Source of the DNA: Diadema antillarum
Taxonomy: Eukaryota
Direction of reading: 5' to 3'
Length of the DNA: 64,000 nt
Assembly (NCBI RefSeq): GCF_040938485.1
Contig: NW_027271384.1
Location: 1,736,001 to 1,800,000, forward strand
Shown here: positions 1 through 11,654 of the stretch, piece by piece
Position numbering within the stretch: position 1 is the stretch's first letter
How the letters are laid out: each line of letters opens with the position of its first letter
Made by a program: the position numbers and the translations under genes
Notes under the pieces: model-generated
Seen by the model: the letters and a program-made list of their open reading frames with translations, nothing else
Database searches by the model: none
What the model was told of the DNA's origin: nothing

Positions 1-2523
1 TGACTGATATAGTTATGAAAGTTCAAAACCTACTGGTCTGAATATAGAGGTAGAGCCAGGAAGAAAGCAACTACCAGTAAAGAATAGGAGCAAAAAAAGA
101 AGAAGAAAAGAAGAAGATGGGGAGTGATGGGAAGGGGGAATTCTGTCATACATTAAGTTAGCTGTTGTCGACAACTCTTGCATGTATATTGTGATGATAT
201 GTGGAGACAATGGTAAACTTTCACTGATTGCATGCAGACTGATGTCTTACAAAAAGCATAGCTGTGCTGCATTGATCTGAATCATTTCCTGTGAGAAGTC
301 TTCAATGAAATATATGTGGAAAGAAAGAAAATATATTATACAAGGAGTATCGAGATTCACCGATTAATCTACTCTCATACTTTCATATTTCTTTATGATC
401 AATTCCAAGTGTTTATATTTTGTAGCTTCATGCCAAGCAAGTAATGAACTAAGGGTAAGCCAATATGGTAGAAGTACATGTAGCTGCCACTTGATTTTAC
501 CCAGGACAGTAGGCACTGATTCATCCATATATTCGCACTATTGGTATATTGGTATGCTTTGAATGTTTAATGCCTTGCTTTTCTTATCTCTTTTTTACAA
601 ATAGAATTTGATATGGTATGTCACTCTCACACAATCCTGTGAACTTTAACTTGCATATTGTCAGTCAAATTGAAACAACTTAACAAAGACATGTAAGAAT
701 GAGGAAAATTTTGTTGTAAGTTACATTATAAGTTTCAAAACTTTGTTATATTAATGCCAATAATCTCAGTAGGAAATTTCATTAACTTTTAGCCACTGGG
801 AGGTGGGAATTGCCAACAGATGCACAACAGCCAACTGTGCTAATCCACTTGTCGAATGTAGAGACTGCACATTATATCTGTACCACCGCATCAATATTTG
901 GATGTTGTACCTCACGTGTAGTGTGTCGAGAGTTCTGTGTGTGTCACACTGTCTTGGATGGGTATAAAGGCTGATGAACAGGATTCACTTATGATTAGAA
1001 ATGATACTTAACACATACTTTCCATTGACCCCCTGTCTGATGCACAAGTGAGCATTGATGTAAAGTTATGTGAACCCCCCCCCCCCCCCACGCTAACTCC
1101 TTCATTAACTACTTAACCCTGCTGTTACCATCAGCCACTTGTTTCTATGTCTTGTCAATAGCATTGTGACATGGCGGTGCTGAGGAAGTTAAGGATAAGT
1201 GAGTACTCTTGGGGAATTGTCCAGAGATCGTGTATATGCATCTTATTTTGTACCACATGGGATTGAGAACGAAAGAGGAAGTGCGCTTGATAGGTAAGGG
1301 GGTTTGCTACACAGTATGCTTGTTAATTGTGTTTTGGGCAAATTATGGTTGGTACATATGCTTGCCATCAGTGTCATGGTAGAAATCAATGACAGAGGAT
1401 ATCATATACTCTCTGCCGTATGGTGTATCGTGATCGGGTGCACACAGTCCCAAGGATCCTGCTGGGCCAACTTTGTCACTCTCGTACTACCACGTACGAT
1501 ACATATCCATTATCAGAGATTTACCCAGTCATATAGGTTGTGCGACAGACGTGGGGAGGGTGTGCATTCTTCCTCTGTCTTGCATCTTATCTATTGCACA
1601 GGTAAACCATATTTTCATTCATTTCTAGTATAAGACTTACCAAAGGACCAGCAGGATCCACTCTTAGACACAACAAACATCCATACCGTGAGGCAGGTCA
1701 ATCACCTCCTGCGTGCATTCACCGATACATCTGATGCAGAAAGGTTTGTGTAAAAACGTTGTACGTGTAATGCAATGCAATAGGTTGTATGGCAGTGTAA
1801 CTTCCCCCAACAGTCGAAATGATGTTGTGGCTATGCTTTTGCCACCTTCTTCCCCCTTTTTTAACTTCAATGGAATGTTCCAGTCTGTCTGTAGTTGAGA
1901 TAATTACATGATTTCCATTGTGGAAATGTGATTGATAATTCTTTGATACTTCGCCCAGCTATGGTCTCAGCGCCTTCGGTATTTTGGCACTGTCACGTTT
2001 CTTTCTTGGACTGTTTAGTGGGATGGAAACTGGGAGCCTTGTCATTGACAAGCTAGCAAAAAGTAAAAACAAAGACTGTATATCTGTTTAGACTTGTACA
2101 TTTACATTAAAGGAGAAAATGAATATAACTTCTATAGCATTCTGAATGTTTATATTTTACTAACAGAGATGAGTGGATCTAGTGTGATGCAATTGTCGAG
2201 ATTATTTTTAGCAGAATGAGAGAAAACCGAAGTGTACACATTGGATGTTGTGTGGAACTTGTCACATTTTGATATATCACTGTCTAGGCAAACACTGTCT
2301 TTTCAGCCGTGCTTTGTGTTCATGTGTTCAAACGGTCGTCATTGGCTAAACTTGAATGTTGTAGAATCCAATTTTCTGCCAGCATGCTGATTGTCAATAC
2401 TAGCCTTTCACCCACTGTATAAACTTGTTTATTTTTGTCAAATTTTACCCGATGCCATGACTGTAAAAGACCAGGGAGCTTATTTGATTATGTACAATGA
2501 CTCTATAGGTGCAAATGTACGTA

Positions 2524-2701
2524 CAGTCAACCTCGCCTGAGTCAAATTCAAAGAGACTTGCATGAATTTCGACATACACTGTACAATTAAAACATATGTA
2601 CATTGCATATCCATCTGGGGAAGAGTGTCCCTTCGACTAGGCCGAGTTATTTACTTGTGCTTGCTCGACTGAAGCGAGGCTGACTTAGGCGAGGTTGACA
2701 G
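2524..2701. mobile_element. Short TA-flanked MITE (Tc1/mariner/pogo-like)
   Basis: Terminal inverted repeats CAGTCAACCTCGCCT / AGGCGAGGTTGACAG (one mismatch), TA on both sides. TIR resembles the element at 25432-26263. Confidence 0.7.
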
Positions 2702-2826
2702 TATTTCTTTAGACTACCGGTACTCGTATCTGTGATGGAAAATGTAACGATTTCAGTCTTGGAAGTCGAGGCTCTTGATTTGATACGTAGAAACTATGAC
2801 TGCCCCACTGGGGCTTGTCTGATGTT

Positions 2827-2940
2827 GGGCTGTCATGGCTTGGTGGATAAGACCATGAGCTCTTAATCTTGAGGTTCCTGGTTCAAGTCTGCTGGCAAAG
2901 GTGGATGTGCCCCAGGGCCAAAACATGTTATCCACTTTAC
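2827..2940 (+). mobile_element. tRNA-derived SINE fragment
   Basis: A-box-like TGGCTTGGTGG and B-box GGTTCAAGTC at tRNA spacing, followed by a GTGCCCCAGGGC core-like segment. No complete cloverleaf. Confidence 0.55.
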
Positions 2941-4939
2941 TTTTAATAGTCCTTCAGAATGGACTTGATAGTCAGCAGTCCCATGGTACATAGCTTGCTC
3001 ATAAGCATTGAAGGACTATCGTAGTGGCCGCATAGAATTACGGGCTAGGTGACCCAAACATCCAATACAAGCAGAACACACATGAGATAGGTCAGCCGTC
3101 TTGCTGAATTTCAGAAGCTGGCCTCTGCATTCTGTAGTACATTGTAACTTGCACTTGCTGCCTCACTGAGTGCAGCAAATGGGGCAGCTGTCCTGGGACG
3201 CCTTTACGAGGATCGGTCAAAGACAAGTGGCCTTGACACCATGGCAACTGTAAAAGGAAATTGTTGATCGTCTCTGGACAGTAATGTGGGCATGGTTTGC
3301 AGACACGGCAAATTTTGAAGTGCAGGTCTGTGATGAAGCGAGACACATGTTCAACGTCTTCTCACATTTGCACATTTTCATATCACAAGCCCCAATATAC
3401 AGACGTTTAAACTTCCATTAATAGGGCTGTTCATTTGGTGCTGTCTCTGAATAATATCAGTTTTGATTCCATGTGATTTAGGTACATTGTATTATATGTT
3501 GGTAAGAATCCAGCAGAAAAAAAAATATGCTTGGATGCTGTATACTCTTATTTTCTTTCTTTTTAAAGAAAAAATAATAATGTTGCTGAAACATACCAAA
3601 TGACAGGTGGTCTTGGCATGAAGCAGTAGTCTCCTTAAAATGCAATGTGTATTGTATCATATTAGAAGTGTAAATATAGTATATTCCTGTTCATGATTTG
3701 TGGAAAGGCGTTAAAACACTCATTGTTTTGTAAGTAAGATGAATCCAGCAGGCTTGTGGTAAAATGTCTTGTTAAAGGTTGATTGAAAGTGCACAATTAG
3801 ATCCTGCTCTTAATATTTGGCCATGTTGACATCTTTTTGTTGTAAATGCTACTCCATTTTCTCAACATGTGACTTAAGACATCTGATTCTTATCCTTTAA
3901 TTTCAACAAAGCATCATGAAGATGTTACTGTACACGATAAGCCAGAAATACAAATTGTAAGACCTGCCTTCAGTGTATCATGCATGATACAGTATGGATG
4001 GTGGTTATATATACAAATATACAGTGTATATAAAAGAAGAATGCTTGTTGAAGGAAAGTTTACTTCCAGGAAAATATTATTTTGAATGAATTAAGTAAAA
4101 TCAGAACAGTGGACCAGAGAGGCCAGAGACAAAGAAACAAACAAAGATTTTGAGGAATAAAAAGCTGTCTGAACATGGGGAGATTGTCCACCATGGTGTC
4201 TTGGAAGAAAGTGTTTGCTCACATGATCCTGATGGAGCATTGCACTGAAATTTGAGTAACTTCTGGGTTGTTTGTATGTTTGTTTGCATTTTTTTTTTTA
4301 AAGATTGAATCATCTTTTTTTTTTCCTGAAATCTGTATCGTCATATCTTAGTAGAGTCTAGAACATAATATTTTATGTCATTTTAGAAATATTAGTGTAT
4401 TGACATGTGTATGAATGAATGAGGGGCAAGACATGACTTCAAGACACCCTCTCTGCCCCGTGATCAATGATGTACCAGAATGTACAATAATTCCCCCAAT
4501 CTTATTTTGCCCTTGGCTTGTACTGATCTCTTCCCTCTGCTTCACTGATTTCCTGGGAGTAAGTTTTCGTTGAAAGCTGTACAGACTTTGCTCATTTTCC
4601 ACAGAATTTGTGTGTTAATTATATCACCACATATGCCACCGTGTATGATCATTTCAAATGTGTGTGCATGCACAGATGATTATAATTGTATGTTGTAAAA
4701 TAAGTTTGAAGAAAAAAAAGCTTCAGTTATGTTCAGTCAGCAGATGATGAAAACAAAAAAGAAACAAACAAAAATGAAAGGACACTTTTCTTTTCAGCGT
4801 CATTATGTTTGTGTCTGTTTTGTGTGCAGGTCAAATTGTGTACATTTTCTCCTGATTGTATACTGTATAAGAAGGTGAGAAAGAGGAGGAAGAGGAGCAT
4901 GAGATGGGAGGATGAGGAGAGAGTTGATGCAGTAAGGAA

Positions 4940-6083
4940 AACTAGAATTATCACTGAAGGTGATTAATACCCCCGCCCCTAGTGTTGCTTTATACTGTAC
5001 GAGCTGAAATTTCCGCAATGGTTTTATTTTCGCGAATTTCGCGAATCGCCTTTGAACCACGAAAATAACAACACGCGTATAAGTGAGTTCAGCTGGACCC
5101 TCGCAACCGCAAAATTAACAACACGCGAAAATGTCCTCCAAGTATCAATTTGCGAAAATATCTGTACGCGAAAATTTCAGCTCGTACAGTGGTATGTGAT
5201 GTCATGAGGGTAATCATACAACAAAATGTGACCACAGTTGCTTGAGTGCTATGGTAACAGTTGTTTCCACAAGGTTTCGGTAAAAGGTGTGGTTACCATG
5301 GCAACGCATTGTCTGATACAAACACAAGGGACATTTTGCATACTAGTAACTACACTTAAAGACCATCATACACACCAAATTTGACCTTCATAGCTTGAAT
5401 GGTTCAATTTGATACAAAAATGAGTGGTTACCATGGCAACACATTTCCTTGTGCTAACACATTGGTGTCTTGCATAACTACACCTCCCGATCATCATATA
5501 TACTGAATTTGACCTTAATTGCTTGAATGATGTGGAAGTTATTCAATCCATAAGGTTTTGGTAGAATTATGGTTACCGTGGCAACGCTTTGTCTGACAAA
5601 CACAAAAATTATGTGTTCTACATCTATGCCTCAAGGCCATAATGCCTACCAAATTTGATTTCAATTGCTTCAAAACTGTGGAAGTTGTTCACTCCACAGA
5701 ATTTCGAAGAAAACATGCCGTTACCATGGCAACGCTTTGTCAAATACAAACACAAAGAGTGTCTTGCATAACTGCACCTATAGATCATCATAGATACCAA
5801 TTTTGAAATTGATTGCTTAAATACTATGGAAGTACAAGTTCCCTCCATAAGGTTTTGGTAAAATTGTGGTTACCATGGCAACGCATTGTCCGACAAACAC
5901 AAAAAACATGTCTTGCACATCTATACCTCAATATCATCATTTACTCTAAGTTTCATTTAAATTGCTTCAAAACTGTAGAAGGAGTTCGCGACGCAAGATT
6001 TTGCAACAGACCGACCGACCGCCCGACCAACATCACGGTGATTCCTATATACCCCCTTCACACTAAGTGTGGCGGGGGTATAA
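4940..6083. mobile_element. Non-autonomous Helentron-type element (HINE/DINE-1-like), family 1 copy A, with a nested MITE
   Basis: AACTAG end, hairpin ATCAC-TGAAG-GTGAT, subterminal inverted repeat ATACCCCCGCC / GGCGGGGGTAT, CCGA microsatellite and terminal hairpin ending GGGTATAA. Homologous to 35348-36001. Confidence 0.75.
4995..5189. mobile_element. TA-CTGTA...TACAG MITE nested in the HINE
   Basis: 18-bp TIR CTGTACGAGCTGAAATTT / AAATTTCAGCTCGTACAG. Absent at the homologous position of HINE copy B (about 35402). Internal CGCGAAAAT motifs. Confidence 0.8.
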
Positions 6084-6432
6084 TGAATACCCAACATATC
6101 AAATCATTTGTGACCATAATTTACATTGCATAATTACACAGTATAAATTGCAGTCATCAAGATACTTGTGAGGTGTGCGTAGACAAGAGCGTATAGCTCA
6201 CAAAGAGAGATTCGGAGAAGTCCTGACATTAGTTAGAAGACCAATAACGAAACAGAAAGTAGAGAGGGAGAAAATTTAATACACTGTATCTATATTAAAA
6301 TTTCAATAAATCTTGTGTTTATTCAATCACAGAAAATGTTAATAAGTAATTCCTTTGATGAATGTAAACAATGTATGTATGTGTTCAGAACCTTGGCATT
6401 TGCAAATAACAGGAGCGTCCAGGAGCAGTGTA

Positions 6433-6620
6433 CCGTGCACTCCCGTTATAACGAACACGGTTATAACAAAATTCCGGTTTCAACGAAGTAAAAATTTAGG
6501 CCGCAATACTATGCACTCTATATGTATTTTTATTGTTTATTTGTTCGGTTATAACGAAATTTCGATATAATGAAAGAAAACTGCCGGTCCCGAGGACCTC
6601 ATTATAACTGGAGTATACTG
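6433..6620. mobile_element. Short pogo/Tigger-like MITE
   Basis: Ends C(C)GTGCACTCCCGTTATAACG and TTATAACTGGAGTATACTG, TA-flanked. Same family as 44917-46271. Confidence 0.7.
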
Positions 6621-7179
6621 TATTTCAAAAATGATTATTTGTATTGAAGTCAACTTATGTAACAAAATTCGTTATCTTTTTGATCCATATTTACAATTTA
6701 CTTAATTTATTAACAGTTCACAGGCTGTGCCAAAGAGACAGGTGAGTTGGTGCGGTCGTTTTTGTCTTCCAATCGGGTACACCGTCCGACAGTATAAACC
6801 CGTTTTTGCGGAGACTACTGTACTAAGGACAACCTTTATTATCAGCTCAGGAGGCTCAAAGTCCGCTTCCTCGCTCAGACTGGTCCCATTCCATAGGTCT
6901 ACCTGGTCCAGCTAAGAGACCACAAAACCAGAAATGGGAATTTTTGAGGAACCATGATGTAATGCAATCAAACAATGGAAAATGTCGACATCTCCGGGAT
7001 ATTGTGTGACAAATATGCACAGGACGCAATGCGGGTCAACACGACTTGCGATATGCTTTGCCCAGTTCGCACAAGGAATGCAAAAACTGCCTGTAACCTG
7101 GCAATATACTGTTCTCACTTCAATTGCACCTCTTGTGTTTCTCGTCACATACAACTGTAATTCTTCTATTTGATACAAG

Positions 7180-7261
7180 ATGGTGCGTCTGAAGGAACTA
7201 GTATACTCGGCAACGTGCATTCTAGGATTCTTAATAAGTTCTTCGATTGCTGCAAGAAACG
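7180..7261 (+). CDS. SMPDL3B: SMPDL3-like acid sphingomyelinase-like phosphodiesterase, exon 1 (signal peptide)
   Basis: ATG 7180 encodes MVRLKELVYSATCILGFLISSSIAARN, a hydrophobic signal peptide. GT donor at 7262 is phase 1 and joins in frame to the exon at 16061. The SMPDL3A vs 3B assignment rests only on the C-terminal hydrophobic tail. Confidence 0.75.
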
Positions 7262-7354
7262 GTAACGACATTATTATTTCTGTAATTAATTCCCTCTGCG
7301 TGATGTTGTTGGCCAGTTATATCAAGGTCGTGTGTAATTATGTCATTGTGCTAT

Positions 7355-7413
<59 letters not shown>
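7355..7413. repeat. (TA)n microsatellite
   Basis: About 29 TA units with two CA interruptions. Confidence 0.95.
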
Positions 7414-7551
7414 GTTTCACTTTTTGATATAAATCAAATGCCATTGCAGAGGAAAGAGATCAAAATCGTGCTTAATATACTAGTAATAGAAGAATCAACA
7501 TAAAATTTGTACGGCTATTAGTAAGTTGTTTTAATAACCGCTTTAAAAGGA

Positions 7552-7810
7552 AGTTTACCACCGAGACGACGAGAAGTTCATCGCCTTTTCGACCCTTTCG
7601 GGTCCGAGAAGGCGAGATCCGAGATCTCGGCTTCTCAACTTATCGGGTCGGAGAAGGCAGTAAGGCGAGATAGTTATGAGATCTCGTCGTCTCGACCTTT
7701 TGGGTCCGAGAAGGCGAGTTGTGAGATTTCGTCTTGTCGTCTTTTCTTCTCCGGAGAATTTCAGGCAAGGTGATTCATATCTTCGTGTTGGTCGAGAAGG
7801 CAAGAGTTAT
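7552..7810. repeat. Degenerate repeat/MITE remnant built from GGTCCGAGAAGGCGAG and TCTCGTCGTC motifs
   Basis: The motif GGTC(C/G)GAGAAGGC recurs at about 7601, 7647, 7702 and 7791. Confidence 0.55.
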
Positions 7811-8547
7811 CTCGTCTGCACAGTGAGCGGCACAGAGCTTTCGTGACCATGGTGACTGATCAATAACAATATAATACATGCATCATGAGTAAAAATAGGT
7901 GGCAGCAGCGGCGAGCTGTGTCCCTAGGAGACAAAGCATTCATCCTCTTTGCCTAAGTTCTGAGGATGACGAGGCTCAAAGGACACTATAACAACAACAA
8001 GGAAATAAACATTTTTTTGTTGTAGTTAAAACAAAACGAAACAAAAACAAAGACATCAACAAATCGTTTTCATCAAGAGAATCACTGGAACTTGCAGAAA
8101 ACCGGACATGAGGAAATTAAAGCTTTTAAAAATCTAGCGACAAATCAGACTACAGCAATCAAATTTGCGACATTATGTCACTGTGTGAAGGATAATTTAC
8201 ACTTGGAGCCTTTTTATGCACCTTTATATCAAATCTATTGCTTGTCATTTTTTTTTTCAACCCAAGATTGTAGAAATGTATTGCTTTTCAATTTTTATGA
8301 TAGGTAAAAAATACATAAAGTGTTGCTCGTGATGAATTTGATGTGAAAAATAAATCTTTTTTTTTTTTGGGGGGGGGGGTTAGTTTGATCATGGACTTCC
8401 ATGGTTTGATGTGAGGACTAGGATTAGGGATAAGGGGTATGGTTATGCGTGTGGGTATGTTTTATGTTTGGCTTGGCGTGCAGATATTTCATGGGAGCAA
8501 TTGTCACCGGAGCAAATTTTGTGGAACGTGCTCCTACAATCTTATTT

Positions 8548-8819
8548 TAATGGGTTTTAACGGACTGCAAGGAAGTTAAAACAATTTACTCTTGAAGGAC
8601 ACAGTAGCGATGTTGCCGGGCAGATATAGGGCAGGGGGGATTACGCAACAGGTGACCCCTGCTCTTGCTGCCCCTCTCGTTTGCGGGGGTAAGCGCACGC
8701 GGTGAAGAAATTGCTTAGGTAGCGTCATTCGATGGTGGTTTGTCGTGGAAGCAGGAAGTAATTGAGGCGGCTCCTAATATTGGATTTCGTGCATTGTCTT
8801 ACACATTGAACTTCGAAAC
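8548..8819 (+). repeat. Split direct repeat A1 (272 bp)
   Basis: Identical by eye to 14679-14950 (TAATGGGTTTT...CTTCGAAAC). Confidence 0.97.
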
Positions 8820-9028
8820 TTTGTAGTTTTCTATCATCTTCGTGCTACTTTCCCTCCCTTGGAACTTTTTTGGGTATACCTTCTTGCCTTTGAAATATTG
8901 GATATCATACGTGAACTTACATCGTCGATTCTGGGGCACTGTCTTTGCATTTTCGCATTGGGACGTTTGGGCCTAAGTTAATATCATCTTAGTTCTGCAT
9001 ATCACAACGCCGGTTCTGGACTTTCACT

Positions 9029-10090
9029 ATGCCGAAGTCGCGGAGTAAGATCATGAAGAAGGTGATGGGGAAGGAGCCGCCAGCGCCGCCCTCGTCGACG
9101 CGTCGTCGTGGTCGAAAGACAACCAAGAGTGGGGAGGAGGACCCGGCAGCTGGTCAAGGCGGATCGCCTGCAGCATCCGGTGAGTATAGTGTGTCTGCGT
9201 GTGGGCATGGTGACGCCTCTTGGCCCACCGTGGTCGACGCGGTGGTGCGTGAGCACCACGTGGCAAGCAAATCGGTAGATCTTAGTCCGGTTGGTCAGTT
9301 GATTGACCCACCTGACACTTTTGATGCCCTTCCCCAAGCCTTGTCGTGCGTAGGGGATGAGCTGGGGAGCGTCGTCCCCATGTCGGTTAAAGAGAAAATT
9401 TGGAAGGGGGAGTTTCTTGATTTGGGCATCCTCCTCAAATCCGACGTAGGTTCCCTGAGTGAGGAGGCGTCATTCAGCCTCGTGCAGGCTGGAGGATCTC
9501 TGCAAGTCAGGAGCGCGAGTCGCACCCCGCAAATTGCAAATATTGATATGTGGACGTCGGCCTTTCTGACATACGCTTCGGTGTATGTAGAAAAGCATGG
9601 AAATCGAGCGCGCGAGTTGTTCAAATATATGGACACAGTTCGATCAATCGTGCGCTTCGGAGGCTATAATTGGCGCACCTACGACGTGCAATTCAGGCTG
9701 CGGCAAGCGCGACAGCCGCTCCGTTCGTGGGCGACTATTGACACGGAGCTGTGGCTAACCGTAGCCACAGCCCAGCCCAGAGCAGCGTTTCGTTCGTATA
9801 CTCCGTTGCAGCCCTTTCGGGCGGGAGCTGGGTCAGGAGCCGCCACGTCATACCTGCGAGGTCGTCGCGGGGGGCCTTCCTCACCCCCGAGAGATAGGAG
9901 AGCGGGGGCAGATTTTGCACGCGGACGAGCCAATCACTGCTTCGCATTCAACGCGGGCTCTTGCAAGCGGGCGATCTGCAGATTCGCACATGTCTGCGCA
10001 AATTGCGGCTCCTCTACCCACACAGCTCAAGCCTGCACGCGGGGCGCTGTCAATGGCACCCAAAAAGACTCTCGGCCCATCCCCAATTAA
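9029..10090 (+). CDS. Ngaro ORF1, Gag-like protein (353 aa)
   Basis: Basic N-terminus, then KIWKGEFLDL and WTSAF...YDVQFR...SWATID..LW blocks, and a C-terminal Cys/His cluster CFAFNAGSCKRAICRFAHVCANCGSSTHTAQAC typical of YR-retroelement gag. Confidence 0.88.
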   Translation: MPKSRSKIMKKVMGKEPPAPPSSTRRRGRKTTKSGEEDPAAGQGGSPAASGEYSVSACGHGDASWPTVVDAVVREHHVASKSVDLSPVGQLIDPPDTFDALPQALSCVGDELGSVVPMSVKEKIWKGEFLDLGILLKSDVGSLSEEASFSLVQAGGSLQVRSASRTPQIANIDMWTSAFLTYASVYVEKHGNRARELFKYMDTVRSIVRFGGYNWRTYDVQFRLRQARQPLRSWATIDTELWLTVATAQPRAAFRSYTPLQPFRAGAGSGAATSYLRGRRGGPSSPPRDRRAGADFARGRANHCFAFNAGSCKRAICRFAHVCANCGSSTHTAQACTRGAVNGTQKDSRPIPN

Positions 10091-11654
10091 CATTGAGCGC
10101 GTGATCCCCTTTCTGCGCAATTATCCGGATAAGACAGCTGCAGTTAACATTATTGAGGGCTTTCGTTTTGGTTTCCGTTTGGGTTATACGGGGGAGCGGG
10201 TCGCTCACGAGTCACGGAACCTGGTCTCAGCGACAGCACACGCGCAAGTTCTACATCGTAAATTGTTCAAAGAGGTTAGCCTGGGGAGAATAGTCGGTCC
10301 ATATGTCTCACCTCCTTTTCCAAGATTTCGCTGCTCCCCAGTTGGGGTGGTGCCAAAGAAGGTGCCAGGGGAATTTCGCATGATCCAACACCTGTCAGCC
10401 CCTCGCGGTGCATCCGTAAATGATTGCATTGACCCGCGCGATTGTCAGGTCAGGTATTCTACTTTCGATGACGCCGTTGACCTCGTAATGCGTTTGGGGC
10501 AGGGGGCAGTCATGGGAAAAGCGGACATACAGTCTGCCTTTCGTCTTATCCCCGTGCATCCTGATGATTTTGAGCTACTGGGCATGCGCATAGATGGTCT
10601 ATATTATTACGATCGTTGTCTTCCGATGGGCTGCTCGGCGTCGTGCGCGATTTTCGAGCGTTTCAGTACCTTTCTTGAGTATTGTTGTAGAAATATCGCT
10701 GAGTCGGATGGCGTATTGCATTATTTGGACGATTTTTTCTTCGCAGCTAGCTCTCGACGTGAATGCGCCAGTCTAATGCGTTCTTTCCTTGCAATGTGTG
10801 AGCGGTTTGGGGTGCCAGTGGCTAATGACAAGACTACGGGTCCTGTCACCGTTATCGAGTATTTGGGGCTCACAATCGACTCTGTTTCGCTTACTGTACA
10901 GGTCCCAGCAGAGAAGGTGGTGGCTTTGCGCGCTGATCTAGAGGAAGCCACCTGTTGCCAAAAGCTTACACTCCGGCGTTTGCAGTCGCTAATAGGCAAG
11001 CTTAATTTCGTCTGTCGCGCGGTCGCACCTGGGCGAGCGTTCTTGCGGAGACTAATTGACCTTACAATTGGGATAAAGCAACCATTTCATAAGGTTAGAC
11101 TGACCCGCGGCGCCCGAGAGGATTTGCGTGCGTGGCTCACCTTCTTAATGCAGTTCAATGGCACCGTGATTAGATCGGCAAGCGAATGGACTTCGAATAG
11201 CGCGTTCAGTTTTTATACAGACGCTTCGGGTAGCATTGGGTTTGGCATCTACTTCGATGGGGAGTGGGCGCAGGGCAGATGGCCCGCCGGGGTGCTGCGG
11301 GAAAAACATTCCATCGCATATTTGGAGTTTCTTCCCATTGTCATCGGAGTGCAAGTTTGGGGAAAGCGCATTGCTAATCAGAAGGTGCTGTTTTGCTCAG
11401 ATAATCAGACGGTAGTGCATGTCATAAACAAGCAGAGCTCTAAATGCCCACGCATTATGGCCCTGGTCAGAATTTTCGTAGTGTGCTGCCTCGAGCGCAA
11501 CATTTGGTTCAGAGCACGTTACGTCCCCGGTTGCCGTAATGACATAGCTGATTCTTTGTCTCGTTTTCAGATGGAGAGATTCCGTTTGTTGGCACCACAA
11601 GCAGATCCCCACGAGACCCCCCTGCCACGCCAGCTGTGGGAGAGCTTGTGCTAG
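9915..11654 (+). CDS. Ngaro ORF2, reverse transcriptase plus RNase H
   Basis: RT motifs KADIQSAFRLIP, LPMG and YLDDFF. RNase H motifs FYTDAS, LE, SDN and DIADSLSR. The frame is open from 9765 with in-frame ATGs at 9990 and 10053; the true start is uncertain. Confidence 0.95.
   Translation: MHADEPITASHSTRALASGRSADSHMSAQIAAPLPTQLKPARGALSMAPKKTLGPSPINIERVIPFLRNYPDKTAAVNIIEGFRFGFRLGYTGERVAHESRNLVSATAHAQVLHRKLFKEVSLGRIVGPYVSPPFPRFRCSPVGVVPKKVPGEFRMIQHLSAPRGASVNDCIDPRDCQVRYSTFDDAVDLVMRLGQGAVMGKADIQSAFRLIPVHPDDFELLGMRIDGLYYYDRCLPMGCSASCAIFERFSTFLEYCCRNIAESDGVLHYLDDFFFAASSRRECASLMRSFLAMCERFGVPVANDKTTGPVTVIEYLGLTIDSVSLTVQVPAEKVVALRADLEEATCCQKLTLRRLQSLIGKLNFVCRAVAPGRAFLRRLIDLTIGIKQPFHKVRLTRGAREDLRAWLTFLMQFNGTVIRSASEWTSNSAFSFYTDASGSIGFGIYFDGEWAQGRWPAGVLREKHSIAYLEFLPIVIGVQVWGKRIANQKVLFCSDNQTVVHVINKQSSKCPRIMALVRIFVVCCLERNIWFRARYVPGCRNDIADSLSRFQMERFRLLAPQADPHETPLPRQLWESLC

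Noticed and set aside
1304-1900. ORFs and splice-like signals near the window start as exons of a fourth gene
   Set aside because: I could not build a consistent open exon chain or recognise a protein.
3260-3330. GMVCRHG peptide reminiscent of KDZ/Zisupton transposases
   Set aside because: It is flanked by stops and lacks the other motifs; likely chance.
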